64,000 bases of DNA from Candidatus Thorarchaeota archaeon (GCA_048884965.1 JBHLQH010000003.1:99304-163303), one strand, 5' to 3'; numbered from the stretch's first letter, positions 9,633-18,899 are shown. Notes: generated by a model not told the origin, from the sequence alone. Program-made: numbers and translations.

Positions 9633-10358
9633 ATGAATCATAAGAATAGTAGTGCAATTTTCATATCTGTTATTCTTTTTCTAGGTCCTGTTTTTGTTTC
9701 AGCACAGAGTACGTATGGGTTTAGCTGGGGCGTATCAATTGGTGATCAGATTCACTATAGCATTCTTATAGTTCTTGAAGGATCAGATAGTCCCACTCGA
9801 ACATTTTCTGAAGATGTAGTCCTGACTATTGAGGATCTTGCGGATCTTACAGAGTACTCAAGCTATGCAGGCTTTCCCCCACCGGCTCAAGCAAACACTA
9901 CTTATGTAAATGGAACTCAAATTGGACTGGACGATCCCATCTTTCAATATTCGTTCACTATAATCGTCTTTCCCATAGGAAATTGGACACATTATCGCTA
10001 TCTAACTGAAGGCATGGATATATCGGATGATGATTCAATGGTCTATGAATTCTCTGAAGACCTATCAAGCTGGTCCCTAGACTTTGACATATCCTATTCG
10101 AATGATTATCGAAACACGACCTATCAGTTCTCGAAAACGGATGGTGCTCTTTTATCTTTGTTATCTTACTATTACCATGAAATTGCTATCGAAAATGAAA
10201 CTCTATTTACACAAACTGATACCGTCGAGATAACACGAACCAATTTTGGAGTTCTTGGACCTATCTCTACTCTGTCAGCTATTGCCATCATAGTAGAGAT
10301 CATCATCGTTGTAGAGCTATTCCGTAGATATAAAGGACGAAATGCATTGAAAGGGTAA
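9633..10358 (+). CDS. Surface protein, WGVxxGD family (copy 2), C-terminal TM anchor
   Basis: Signal peptide, SWGVSIGD, NGT, PIGNW, SKTDGAL, TM plus basic tail. Confidence 0.75.
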   Translation: MNHKNSSAIFISVILFLGPVFVSAQSTYGFSWGVSIGDQIHYSILIVLEGSDSPTRTFSEDVVLTIEDLADLTEYSSYAGFPPPAQANTTYVNGTQIGLDDPIFQYSFTIIVFPIGNWTHYRYLTEGMDISDDDSMVYEFSEDLSSWSLDFDISYSNDYRNTTYQFSKTDGALLSLLSYYYHEIAIENETLFTQTDTVEITRTNFGVLGPISTLSAIAIIVEIIIVVELFRRYKGRNALKG

Positions 10359-10392
10359 CTCCCCCCTCCTCCCTTTCTTATTGCGCGAGTAT

Positions 10393-10677
10393 CTAATCCG
10401 TCCCATACGCACTATGACGACGTCTTTGCTTCAAACCTTGGCAGCCGTATAGGATCTGTACCTTTTGGTCATCAGGTCGTTCCATTGATCTATGAAGCAA
10501 CTCGTCAGGGTCTATTTCCTCAGAGCGACCTTCAGATGCTAGTATTTGCTTCTCGAACGCATCTACATAGACGCTATATCCCTTGGAATACGCATCAAGC
10601 GCACCTGTTCCGTAGGCAAGAACTAGAAATAGAAACATCACAGCACTGAAGAGAACAATAGTGAACGCATCGCTCAT
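10393..10677 (-). CDS. Small single-pass membrane protein
   Basis: ATG at 10677 after gaggtga; N-terminal hydrophobic helix. Confidence 0.55.
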   Translation of the reverse strand: MSDAFTIVLFSAVMFLFLVLAYGTGALDAYSKGYSVYVDAFEKQILASEGRSEEIDPDELLHRSMERPDDQKVQILYGCQGLKQRRRHSAYGTD

Positions 10678-10778
10678 TTTTCTTTTCACCTCATCTTTTG
10701 ACCTTCTCTGAGGACATATTCGTTTCAATGCATATAGGTCATTGTCATATGCTTCATATGCTACGGAATGAAACCTCA

Positions 10779-11357
10779 CTAGAACGAGCGAGTGACCTTA
10801 AGCAATTTGGCAGACATCGGATTCAGCCTTAGGAGCTCATCAGCATACTCCTTGCTACGAATCTCAAGTACCATCATACCGAATCCTTCAGTGCTATCTA
10901 GAACCTTAACAGATTTCTCCAGTCCTGTTGGACCGCTCCCAATCCATGTAATCACAAGCCCGATGACTGAAAGACCGAAAAGAACTAGAATCATAAGATC
11001 TGGACCTCCGACCAACATAGAGCCCAGTATCGACACGCTCAGGAATATTGTCAGGATGATTAGAAGTCCATTACAGACACCACAAGGAGCTCTCAATCTT
11101 GCTGTTTCTTCAAACGATATCGCATGCCTCTCGCACGCCGGAATGGTGAATCGATTGACTGCGCCAAGTCGTGCCCTCACTTGTGAGGAGCCAAAATAGC
11201 CACTCCTTCCCCTAGACATGAAGTGACCACTACCCGCGAATGAAGAGTGACGTGTGGCTTCTTGAGATATTCCTCTATCCATTGCAGACATAGCTGGAAC
11301 AGTGCCCTCATCTGTTGCTGGATCCCCACACACAGGGCATCTCATCGGTAGACTCAC
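10779..11357 (-). CDS. Two-TM membrane protein with N-terminal Cys motifs (putative Zn finger)
   Basis: CPVC, CERH, CGVC; two hydrophobic helices. Confidence 0.65.
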   Translation of the reverse strand: MSLPMRCPVCGDPATDEGTVPAMSAMDRGISQEATRHSSFAGSGHFMSRGRSGYFGSSQVRARLGAVNRFTIPACERHAISFEETARLRAPCGVCNGLLIILTIFLSVSILGSMLVGGPDLMILVLFGLSVIGLVITWIGSGPTGLEKSVKVLDSTEGFGMMVLEIRSKEYADELLRLNPMSAKLLKVTRSF

Positions 11358-11491
11358 CTTGTTGCTAGTGATTTGAATTACATACTCCTCGTTCAGCTTA
11401 ATCCATCTCCATAATCCTACGATTTCACGTAATCATACTGCTTCTTGATTTGAAAGGTTTTACTCTTTTCCTTGATTATTCACACTGCTAT

Positions 11492-12766
11492 CTATAGAAA
11501 GAAGAGGCTGAGTAGTGCGCAGTAGACTGTTGATATGATAAGATGGACTATCCCCAATGGGATGACTGCGCGATTGAACTCGGACCAGCTGAGTGGCTTC
11601 AAGTGTTTCTCTGCTGTTCGTACGACCACTACATTTGGGGCATCTCCAAAAGGAACCACATATCCACCTGCATTGGTGCCTATTGTTAGAGATAAGGGGA
11701 TTATTGGGTTTGTGGAATCCAGATTTCCTGCTATGGGTGCGAGGAGAACACCAACAGCTTTCGCGTCGACAGGTGCCATGAGAGCACCCGGTATCCAAAG
11801 CATTAGGATTATTGCAACGATTGTATTATCTCCAATCAACCATTGAAAGCCTAAAGTCAGGTCATCTATGACTCCCGCTAGAACCATTGCTTGAACGACT
11901 CCTATCAATCCCAAAAGGAAGAAGACTGTGTCCCATGATAGGTGTTGTAGCAATTTCTTTGCCTGTTCCCCTGAGAGGATAAGTAACATAGTTGCTATAA
12001 CCAAAGCAATAATCGCTCCTTGGTCCGGAAGGAGAACAAGACCTATCACAAGCGCTCCCAATGAGATAATTGAAACAAAGAAGTCCCTATGCGATTTCAT
12101 CATCGTTCGCGGATCTATTGAGAATAGATCTGTAAGCTCACGTTCCTCCGATCCTTGAAGTTCATTCTTATAGTACCTGAGCATGTACCAGATAGTTATA
12201 CCGAATAAAATGACTGTCAGAGGCATCAGACCGAGAATCATCAGTCCACTGTTGATGTCTGCGATATAGACAATTACGAGGTTAGTCACTGAGCCAATTG
12301 GCGAGGGGAAGGATGCGACATTAGCAACAACTACTTCTGATACCAAAAACGGTCTGAAGTCCGCGTCAATCGCATTACAGACCTCTACTGTTACGGGACT
12401 AACGATCAGCATGGTTGGTAATGGGTCGAAGAAGAGTGAGAGTACAAACACTACTATCAAGAGATAGAGATAGGTTTGGCGTAGTTGTCCGCCAGTTCTA
12501 TGAGCAAGAACCACCGCCGTATACTGGAACAGACCTGAAGCACCGACAACTGAAACGATGATCATCATTGCTGCAATGAACAGGATGATGTCCCATCCCA
12601 TCGTGGATAGGAGGCTGCTAAAAGAAATTCCATTAGATGTAAAGAGTATGAAGGCAGATATCGCTAATGCAAGTAGGGCTGTTGCCGTGTCGTTGACACG
12701 CTCACTCATTATTGCTAAGAGAGCGGCAATGAAGATGACCAGTATCAAGATTCCAGCTGCATCCAT
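11492..12766 (-). CDS. ArsB/NhaD/SLC13 (ion transporter superfamily) permease
   Basis: Multiple TMs; SPIGSVTN and PFGDAPNVV hairpin motifs. Confidence 0.85.
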   Translation of the reverse strand: MDAAGILILVIFIAALLAIMSERVNDTATALLALAISAFILFTSNGISFSSLLSTMGWDIILFIAAMMIIVSVVGASGLFQYTAVVLAHRTGGQLRQTYLYLLIVVFVLSLFFDPLPTMLIVSPVTVEVCNAIDADFRPFLVSEVVVANVASFPSPIGSVTNLVIVYIADINSGLMILGLMPLTVILFGITIWYMLRYYKNELQGSEERELTDLFSIDPRTMMKSHRDFFVSIISLGALVIGLVLLPDQGAIIALVIATMLLILSGEQAKKLLQHLSWDTVFFLLGLIGVVQAMVLAGVIDDLTLGFQWLIGDNTIVAIILMLWIPGALMAPVDAKAVGVLLAPIAGNLDSTNPIIPLSLTIGTNAGGYVVPFGDAPNVVVVRTAEKHLKPLSWSEFNRAVIPLGIVHLIISTVYCALLSLFFL

Positions 12767-12836
12767 ATGAGTCGAGGATTATTGTGACAACACTTGCTCA
12801 TAAGCTACATCATCGATTCAAATTCCTTGAATCCCA

Positions 12837-14162
12837 TCAGCGCCTTCTATAATAGATGAGAGCTAGAATCACGAATAGAACTCCTGTTCCTCCTCCTACG
12901 ACCAGCAATTCAATGGAGGCGTTTGAGATTGTAGGAGCTGTACCACTCCCATTGGTTGTTGATGTTGATGATTCAGCAGTTGTCATTTCCGTACTATCTG
13001 GTTCAATTACCATCTCGTCGACCGGAGCCCTTTGATCGGGATTATTCCTAGAAGTTACAGGATACTGATCTCTATTCTGAGCATTACCACCTATCTCAAA
13101 TGCTGAATCAAACACGCCATCATGATTTTCATCAATTGCCAAGAACCCGTCCCAATAGTTCATTTCGAAGACATTAAGCAGTCCATGGTCAACAGCATAT
13201 GGCTTCTCTGACTCTCCGAGGAAGTCATTGTATCGGACTATACACTTTGCTGATTGCATGATGAAAATCGATTCAAGTGTACAGTTTATCATCGAGTTAT
13301 GAAGCACTGTTGTTCTATTAGCTGCAGGTGCAAGATAGATGCCTCTGTACTCTGGCTCAACAATGATATTGTCCGATATGAGGTTGTCAGCCTCAAAGAC
13401 TCGAATGCCATCTCCAGAGGTCTTGTATATGAGATTCTGCCGCACTTCATTCTCAGTTGTTTCTAGGTCCACACCAGAAATTCTGGTTCGTTCAATCGTA
13501 TTATTGATGACATAGTTCCTGTTGGAACCAGAGCGGAAAGCGACTCCCCAATCGCTATCAATAATCAGGTTATTCGATACAACATTCTGAGTGGATCCTG
13601 TCCATCCCATCACTCCAGTTTCTTTGTTGTCATAGCAGTAATTATCAGTGATGATATTGCCTGTGCTTCCGCTATCCATGAAGACAGCATCAAAACCAGA
13701 ATCGTAGATAGTATTCCTTGTAACCAAGGAATCGTTAGCCGCGAGAAGATGCACTCCAATTGCACCTCCGAAGATAGTGTTATTGCAAATTATCACATTC
13801 TTGGTGAGTGATATCACTAAGGCGCACCATGTATGATGCATTCCTTCAACCCAGTTATTGGTGAAATTCACGTAGAGGTCGGTGTGACTTATGGTGAACA
13901 TGTGCATATCACTATGGAATCGATATCCTTGGATGACTATTGGATCCTCTTTCGTTCCCGTTCCAGGCCAATCATTCTCAGCAGCTTTCTGCAATAATTC
14001 ATCATTACCAGAGATATGCATTGGTGGCTCGATATCTTCTTGATTTAGTTCTACAGACACCTCTTTGACAGGCTCTGCTTCAACTGATATTGAAAACCCT
14101 GTGACTAACAGGAGCATGAAACTAAGAACGGCATAGGACTTCATTGTAAATTGCAAACCCAA
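12837..14162 (-). CDS. NosD/CASH right-handed beta-helix surface protein with C-terminal anchor
   Basis: Signal peptide, WPGTGTKEDPIVI, Asn-ladder repeats, NYW, Ser/Thr linker, TM, RRR. Confidence 0.85.
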   Translation of the reverse strand: MGLQFTMKSYAVLSFMLLLVTGFSISVEAEPVKEVSVELNQEDIEPPMHISGNDELLQKAAENDWPGTGTKEDPIVIQGYRFHSDMHMFTISHTDLYVNFTNNWVEGMHHTWCALVISLTKNVIICNNTIFGGAIGVHLLAANDSLVTRNTIYDSGFDAVFMDSGSTGNIITDNYCYDNKETGVMGWTGSTQNVVSNNLIIDSDWGVAFRSGSNRNYVINNTIERTRISGVDLETTENEVRQNLIYKTSGDGIRVFEADNLISDNIIVEPEYRGIYLAPAANRTTVLHNSMINCTLESIFIMQSAKCIVRYNDFLGESEKPYAVDHGLLNVFEMNYWDGFLAIDENHDGVFDSAFEIGGNAQNRDQYPVTSRNNPDQRAPVDEMVIEPDSTEMTTAESSTSTTNGSGTAPTISNASIELLVVGGGTGVLFVILALIYYRRR

Positions 14163-14248
14163 TCCACCGAAATATCGTAGCTCCTCACCCTATATTAGGA
14201 AAGCAATCTCAGCAAAGGCATCATATGATTCATGTAATTCACGAGGTC

Positions 14249-15259
14249 CTATTCCTCCACTAGATGAACAACGTTTTCTCTCCCTTCTCTGAACCTTTTG
14301 ATCATACCTCGTTGTTCAAGTCCTGTGAGAATCATGCTTGCTAGGGACTGTGACATGTCAAGTTCTCGGTAGATGTCCCTCTGGAGGCTCGAACCCCCTT
14401 TCTTACTGAGAAATCTCAGGATCTCATTCTCATGATCCGTCACTCCCGTTTCTGCAATAATCCTTGGAGCTCTAAGTGCCTTTATCACATTCGGAGCACG
14501 TTCGATGACAATTACCGCGAATGCACCTCCTAGAACAGCTACAAGCATCAGAAGGATGTCGGTCATTTCTGTATCGATGGCAGCAAGAGATGTCATTGGT
14601 ATCCCATACTTTACGATGTATACTCGTTCTTGGCCTGGTAAGATTTGCTCAGCTTCCCAGACGAATACCAGACTCAGACCATCCGTGTGATTACTTGTAG
14701 GAATAGGATACAAAGGAGGGCTTTCCGTATCTAAGACTGCATGCTGCGGCAAAGTCGCGGTGAATCTGAAATTCTGAAACTCATTGAATGGCCTTACATA
14801 GTATATCATGTTCTCCAAGCAAAGGCCTCTTTCCTCACAAAGCCCCACCTGTTCCTGTAGGGACTCACTCACTATTATCATCGATATGTGAACTGAGGAT
14901 GCTACTTCGATCTGTGTAGAAGGCGCGATTACTACTCGGGTGTATCTATCTTCCTCGACGCTTTCTACAGAAGTGTCCATTCCATCAACAAGCGCTTCGA
15001 CTATGACTATACTTCGTAACTCAATACGTACGTTAAGGCTTGATACTCCTGTAGACCCTCTATTGGTCACTTTCGCAGAGAATTGAACATAACTAGTTCC
15101 ATTGCTATGTAGCTTTACGTCTATTTCGACATCACTCATCAAGATGTCACTTACTTGGGCTTCAACTGGGTTGGGTGATAGTAGCAACATCCCTGACATC
15201 AGCAGCAACATAAGCAGGCGTGTCTTTCTAGTCCCAGTTGAGAACATGGTGGTCAACAT
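14249..15259 (-). CDS. Membrane-spanning regulator: signal peptide, extracellular beta domain, TM, cytoplasmic wHTH (COG2512-like)
   Basis: C-terminal QRDIYRELDMSQSLASMILTGLEQRGMIKRFREGREN wHTH after a TM helix. Confidence 0.8.
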   Translation of the reverse strand: MLTTMFSTGTRKTRLLMLLLMSGMLLLSPNPVEAQVSDILMSDVEIDVKLHSNGTSYVQFSAKVTNRGSTGVSSLNVRIELRSIVIVEALVDGMDTSVESVEEDRYTRVVIAPSTQIEVASSVHISMIIVSESLQEQVGLCEERGLCLENMIYYVRPFNEFQNFRFTATLPQHAVLDTESPPLYPIPTSNHTDGLSLVFVWEAEQILPGQERVYIVKYGIPMTSLAAIDTEMTDILLMLVAVLGGAFAVIVIERAPNVIKALRAPRIIAETGVTDHENEILRFLSKKGGSSLQRDIYRELDMSQSLASMILTGLEQRGMIKRFREGRENVVHLVEE

Positions 15260-15293
15260 CCTATGTCTTTTCTAATATACTCTTCACAATAGC

Positions 15294-15318
15294 CCAAGAG
15301 ATGCTAACATCTCTTTGG
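15294..15318 (-). terminator. Hairpin immediately after the 15323 gene
   Basis: ccaagagatg-ctaa-catctctttgg. Confidence 0.45.
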
Positions 15319-15322
15319 CATC

Positions 15323-16621
15323 TCATCTCTTTTTGATGGCGATGCCAATAAGGGCTATTGCAAAGATGCCTATGATTACACTCATAGTGATTTCTATGGG
15401 GACCTCAAGGCTGCCAGGTAGGATTGGTACTGGTGAAGAAGTTTCGATAAGCTTCAATGAGGGATCATGAAGAACGCTTCCCCCATCGAAATTCGGGTAC
15501 GCAAAGAACAGCAGAAGTGCTGAGCCATCCGCCCAATAGGAGGCCTCGACATCTACTGCCTCGGAAGTTCCATTGGGTAGGGTTTGTACTGCTTTATCTA
15601 ACCACCGATAGAACCCACGGGTGGTGTTTGTAGATGCCTCGAGTAAGGATAGACCTTGCACATCATTTTCATTTCCATCATCATTATCATCGATATCATT
15701 GAATTTCTCTCCGAGATCATCATTAATTTCCCATTCATCCTCTGATTCTATCTCATGGTCTTGGTCATCTTCGTTGAGTTCAAAGATGTGATTCTTACCC
15801 TCAGAAGCTAGGTCTTCCTGAAGGTAGTTCAAGACTGCTACCTTTGATGTGTCCGAGAGATATGGAAAATTACCAATCTCGATATCGATCTTAAGTTCAA
15901 CTCCCGCCGCGACAGTGTATTCAGCTTTTACACCTTCATCATCATTCACAGTTCCATTGTAATCATCCATATAGATATGGGCATAGAACTGCATGGTCAT
16001 GGATTCGAACTGCTCGAGATTGAGGGTTTCATAGTCGTCCTCTTCATCCTCTGTGCTGTTGTCGTCATCATCTGCTAGGTTAAGCGTATCCTCGCCATCT
16101 TCTCCGCTATATCCTGGCATCCAATTTTCGAACCAGTCATCGTTCCAATCCTCTCCTGTCAATCCGCCCTTGACATAGGATGCATAGACCTCTGAGTTGT
16201 GACCTGCTGTATCAATTACTGAACCAGTAATCAGGTTCCAATCAAACGCCTCAAGAGGAGCGAATTGTAATGTTTCATTGATTTGATAAACACCATCGCC
16301 ATTATAGTCCTCGAATTCGATAACCATTGGATAGCTCACACTGAACCTTGCTAGACTCCCGTTCTCATCAGGTGTATACCAGTATTGATATGCAGGTATC
16401 TTGGGATCCAACATTACAGTCATTATCTCAGTTTGAATCCATACAGTGCCGTCATCATCCCGTTCATATTCTGGCTCATCCTCTTCATCATGATCATCAT
16501 CTGTGATTTGCTCATCCTCGTTATCATCATCTGTTGTTTGTGCATTCACAGGGAAAGATGTCGATATCACTAGAAAGAGCATCAATACAAGTAGTGCCTT
16601 ACTTATCAGTGCGTGCTTCAT
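15323..16621 (-). CDS. Highly acidic type I membrane surface protein with a beta-sandwich core
   Basis: Signal peptide from ATG 16621, Asp/Glu-rich loops, EDYNGDG, LKIDIEIGNFPY, YPNF...HDPSL, C-terminal TM and KKR. Confidence 0.8.
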   Translation of the reverse strand: MKHALISKALLVLMLFLVISTSFPVNAQTTDDDNEDEQITDDDHDEEDEPEYERDDDGTVWIQTEIMTVMLDPKIPAYQYWYTPDENGSLARFSVSYPMVIEFEDYNGDGVYQINETLQFAPLEAFDWNLITGSVIDTAGHNSEVYASYVKGGLTGEDWNDDWFENWMPGYSGEDGEDTLNLADDDDNSTEDEEDDYETLNLEQFESMTMQFYAHIYMDDYNGTVNDDEGVKAEYTVAAGVELKIDIEIGNFPYLSDTSKVAVLNYLQEDLASEGKNHIFELNEDDQDHEIESEDEWEINDDLGEKFNDIDDNDDGNENDVQGLSLLEASTNTTRGFYRWLDKAVQTLPNGTSEAVDVEASYWADGSALLLFFAYPNFDGGSVLHDPSLKLIETSSPVPILPGSLEVPIEITMSVIIGIFAIALIGIAIKKR

Positions 16622-16846
16622 TATTGGTTCACACCCACACGTTTCTTTCAATATATATAACGAACGTTAAGCAGAATCAAAAATGCACTGAAATCAGAGG
16701 TTCCATATTGTCGCTATTATTGCTATCTCGACTATGAAAATTCAAAATCCTTCAAAAAGAGCTATGCAATACTATTGCGTTACAGTGATGGGATACATTA
16801 TATTCCTTCAGTCATCCAGAATCCTTGAGTTTTCGGTGGTAATTCG

Positions 16847-17506
16847 ATGAGGCGTAGTATTGCTTACTTGGTCGTGATTACTTTCTTCCTACTTTCACCT
16901 TTGGTGCAAGCCCAAGATACATACAATCTCTCTTGGGGTGTGGAAGAAGGCGATGTTTTCATTTACAATCTCACCCATAGATTGACCTATATGGGAGAGT
17001 TGAGGATCGATGAATTTGAGGTACAGGTCACCGTTGTAGACTTGCCAACTATACCCAATCCTGTGCAGAATCTCTCCGTCGTACCATCAGTGGATCTCTC
17101 AATTACTTTCACGAACGGGTCATCGATAGGTGCAGCGAGTGCATATACAGGTTTCATCGAAATTGTCCCGCTTGGCACCTGTGAGATAATGCGACCTGAT
17201 GAGGAGATTTCAGTCGAAGGCAACTCTATTGCCTATTGGGTTGAAGATAGCCAATCCTTCGGCTTCGAATCAGGTTGGTCGAATATCATTGCAATCATGA
17301 ACACAACATTCTCATACTCAAAAATAGATGGTACTCTCCTCTTGCTAACCTCATCTTGGATTGACATTGCATCTGGATTAGAAATGGAATACTTGCGAAT
17401 CACACGTGCTGGGGACCCCCTTCCTCTTGTGATAGCAGGTGGATCGATTTGTATGATTGTCGTGGTAATTATCTTCTTTGAGAGAAGGAAACGGTCGAGA
17501 ATCTAG
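16847..17506 (+). CDS. Surface protein, WGVxxGD family (copy 3), C-terminal TM anchor
   Basis: Signal peptide, SWGVEEGD, VVDLP, NGS, SKIDGTL, TM plus basic tail. Confidence 0.75.
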   Translation: MRRSIAYLVVITFFLLSPLVQAQDTYNLSWGVEEGDVFIYNLTHRLTYMGELRIDEFEVQVTVVDLPTIPNPVQNLSVVPSVDLSITFTNGSSIGAASAYTGFIEIVPLGTCEIMRPDEEISVEGNSIAYWVEDSQSFGFESGWSNIIAIMNTTFSYSKIDGTLLLLTSSWIDIASGLEMEYLRITRAGDPLPLVIAGGSICMIVVVIIFFERRKRSRI

Positions 17507-17563
17507 TGTGTATAAGACGATGCGGCGTGCAGCGGCCATGTGTGACAGGGACTAATACATCGA

Positions 17564-17692
17564 GAGGGCTATTTAGCGTGAGCTCGGGGTTTAATCTGAA
17601 TCTCGATTTGACTGAGATCATCAAATCGCGTGCCCTCCTCCCTTGACCTGATGCGTGTCAGGTAAGCACGCGTGTAGAGCCTAGCAGCCTTC
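17564..17692 (+). ncRNA. Candidate structured ncRNA (multibranch, three hairpins)
   Basis: Closing stem 17564-70/17686-92; hairpins 17585-605, 17604-628, 17627-672; G-U pairs work on the + strand. Confidence 0.4.
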
Positions 17693-17694
17693 AT
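17569..17694 (-). CDS. Possible 41-aa basic peptide MKAARLYTRAYLTRIRSREEGTRFDDLSQIEIQIKPRAHAK
   Basis: ATG preceded by aggt; minus-strand TATA-like ttatatat about 25 nt upstream; below the ORF-track cutoff. Confidence 0.35.
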   Translation of the reverse strand: MKAARLYTRAYLTRIRSREEGTRFDDLSQIEIQIKPRAHAK

Positions 17695-17989
17695 AATACC
17701 TATGTGTTATGCCCGTAATATATAACTTCCACAGTTTTTCTTCATAGAATAGCTGAACTTCGATGATTTTTGGCGCCATACCTACCTACAGACTTGACGA
17801 AAAAACGACGCTGTTTTGAACGGTCTGGAATATGATAGCAGCCTTCCTTGAAGCAGAGGGTGTGAAGCTTTATATGAATTCGAATCTCAGGCTGGCTGTG
17901 GAACCTTTGTTTTACGTATACTATGATATCATGTGTGGACGAGGCTAGGTCCGCGCCCTTCGGGGCACGTGGCCAGGTATGTAAAAATA

Positions 17990-18166
17990 TTGCCACACAA
18001 GAAATCGGGACATTCCCGAAATCCGGGTAAGCAGAGGCACTCTCATTCTTGGAAGAGGTGCACTCTCAACATTGCACCCAACTGCAAGGGCTGGGTTAAT
18101 GCTAACACCATGCCTTTGCCTGATGTCTGCAAGCGCTGCTGGCAGGCACTCAACTCTCAAGAGTAA
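17990..18166 (+). CDS. 58-aa basic Cys4 microprotein (putative Zn finger)
   Basis: TTG start giving MPHKKSGHSRNPGKQRH...C-x7-C...CKRC; followed directly by hairpin and T7. Confidence 0.6.
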   Translation: MPHKKSGHSRNPGKQRHSHSWKRCTLNIAPNCKGWVNANTMPLPDVCKRCWQALNSQE

Positions 18167-18197
18167 GGGGATTATTCCCCTTCTCATTGTTTTTTTG
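18161..18197 (+). terminator. Hairpin plus oligo-T terminator
   Basis: aagggga-ttat-tcccctt then ttttttt. Confidence 0.65.
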
Positions 18198-18272
18198 ATT
18201 TGATGCATAGCTTCTCACAGAAAGATGGCGTGAATCACATGTCCTTTATAGCGACCGAAATTGGAGGTTTCT

Positions 18273-18878
18273 ATGACATCCGAGAAAATCACTTCGATAT
18301 GGTTCGTCTTTGTTGGTATTTCCATTACGTCTCTTTGGATTATCCTATTCCTAACTAGCTCAGTGAATGAATCTCACATTAGTTTCATACTACATCTCTC
18401 CGCAGAGGGAATCACTGCTTTCTTTGGATTGTATGTTGGACTAACTCATCTACTTGGAGGGAAGGTTATACGACCGACCATGTTCTTCACTTTGGGACTG
18501 ATCTTAGCTTCGTCCGCTGGCGCTGGAGGTTACTATCTTGCAGAAATGGGCGACATAGGATTCTTCCTGCTTCTCGAAACCATTGCTCTAATCACTATGA
18601 CATTGTTCATCATTCTCTACAAGAATGAGTCTATACAGCTCGCTGTAATCTCGATTGGTAGCACACAGATGGACTCGCGACTCTCCAAATTGATCAACTT
18701 CAGTATTGGCTTAGCCGTGTATGTTTCTCTGAACAGTGCCACTTACTTCGGTGAGAGTGGAAATTGGTTCATGGTTCTTGTCCATATTGTAACTACACTA
18801 TCACTTCTTTACATTCATCTCGTGTCTATACGAGGGAAGAATATTTTATCAACTCAGGACTCTATTCAGAAGTTATAG
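18273..18878 (+). CDS. Hypothetical multi-pass membrane protein
   Basis: About 6 hydrophobic helices; ggaggt RBS. Confidence 0.7.
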   Translation: MTSEKITSIWFVFVGISITSLWIILFLTSSVNESHISFILHLSAEGITAFFGLYVGLTHLLGGKVIRPTMFFTLGLILASSAGAGGYYLAEMGDIGFFLLLETIALITMTLFIILYKNESIQLAVISIGSTQMDSRLSKLINFSIGLAVYVSLNSATYFGESGNWFMVLVHIVTTLSLLYIHLVSIRGKNILSTQDSIQKL

Positions 18879-18899
18879 TCCTGAACTGGAGAGATATCA

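Noticed and set aside
17742-18208. Minus-strand ORFs 17742-17996 and 17945-18208
   Set aside because: They overlap the better-supported + strand microprotein, leader and terminator and lack protein-like features.
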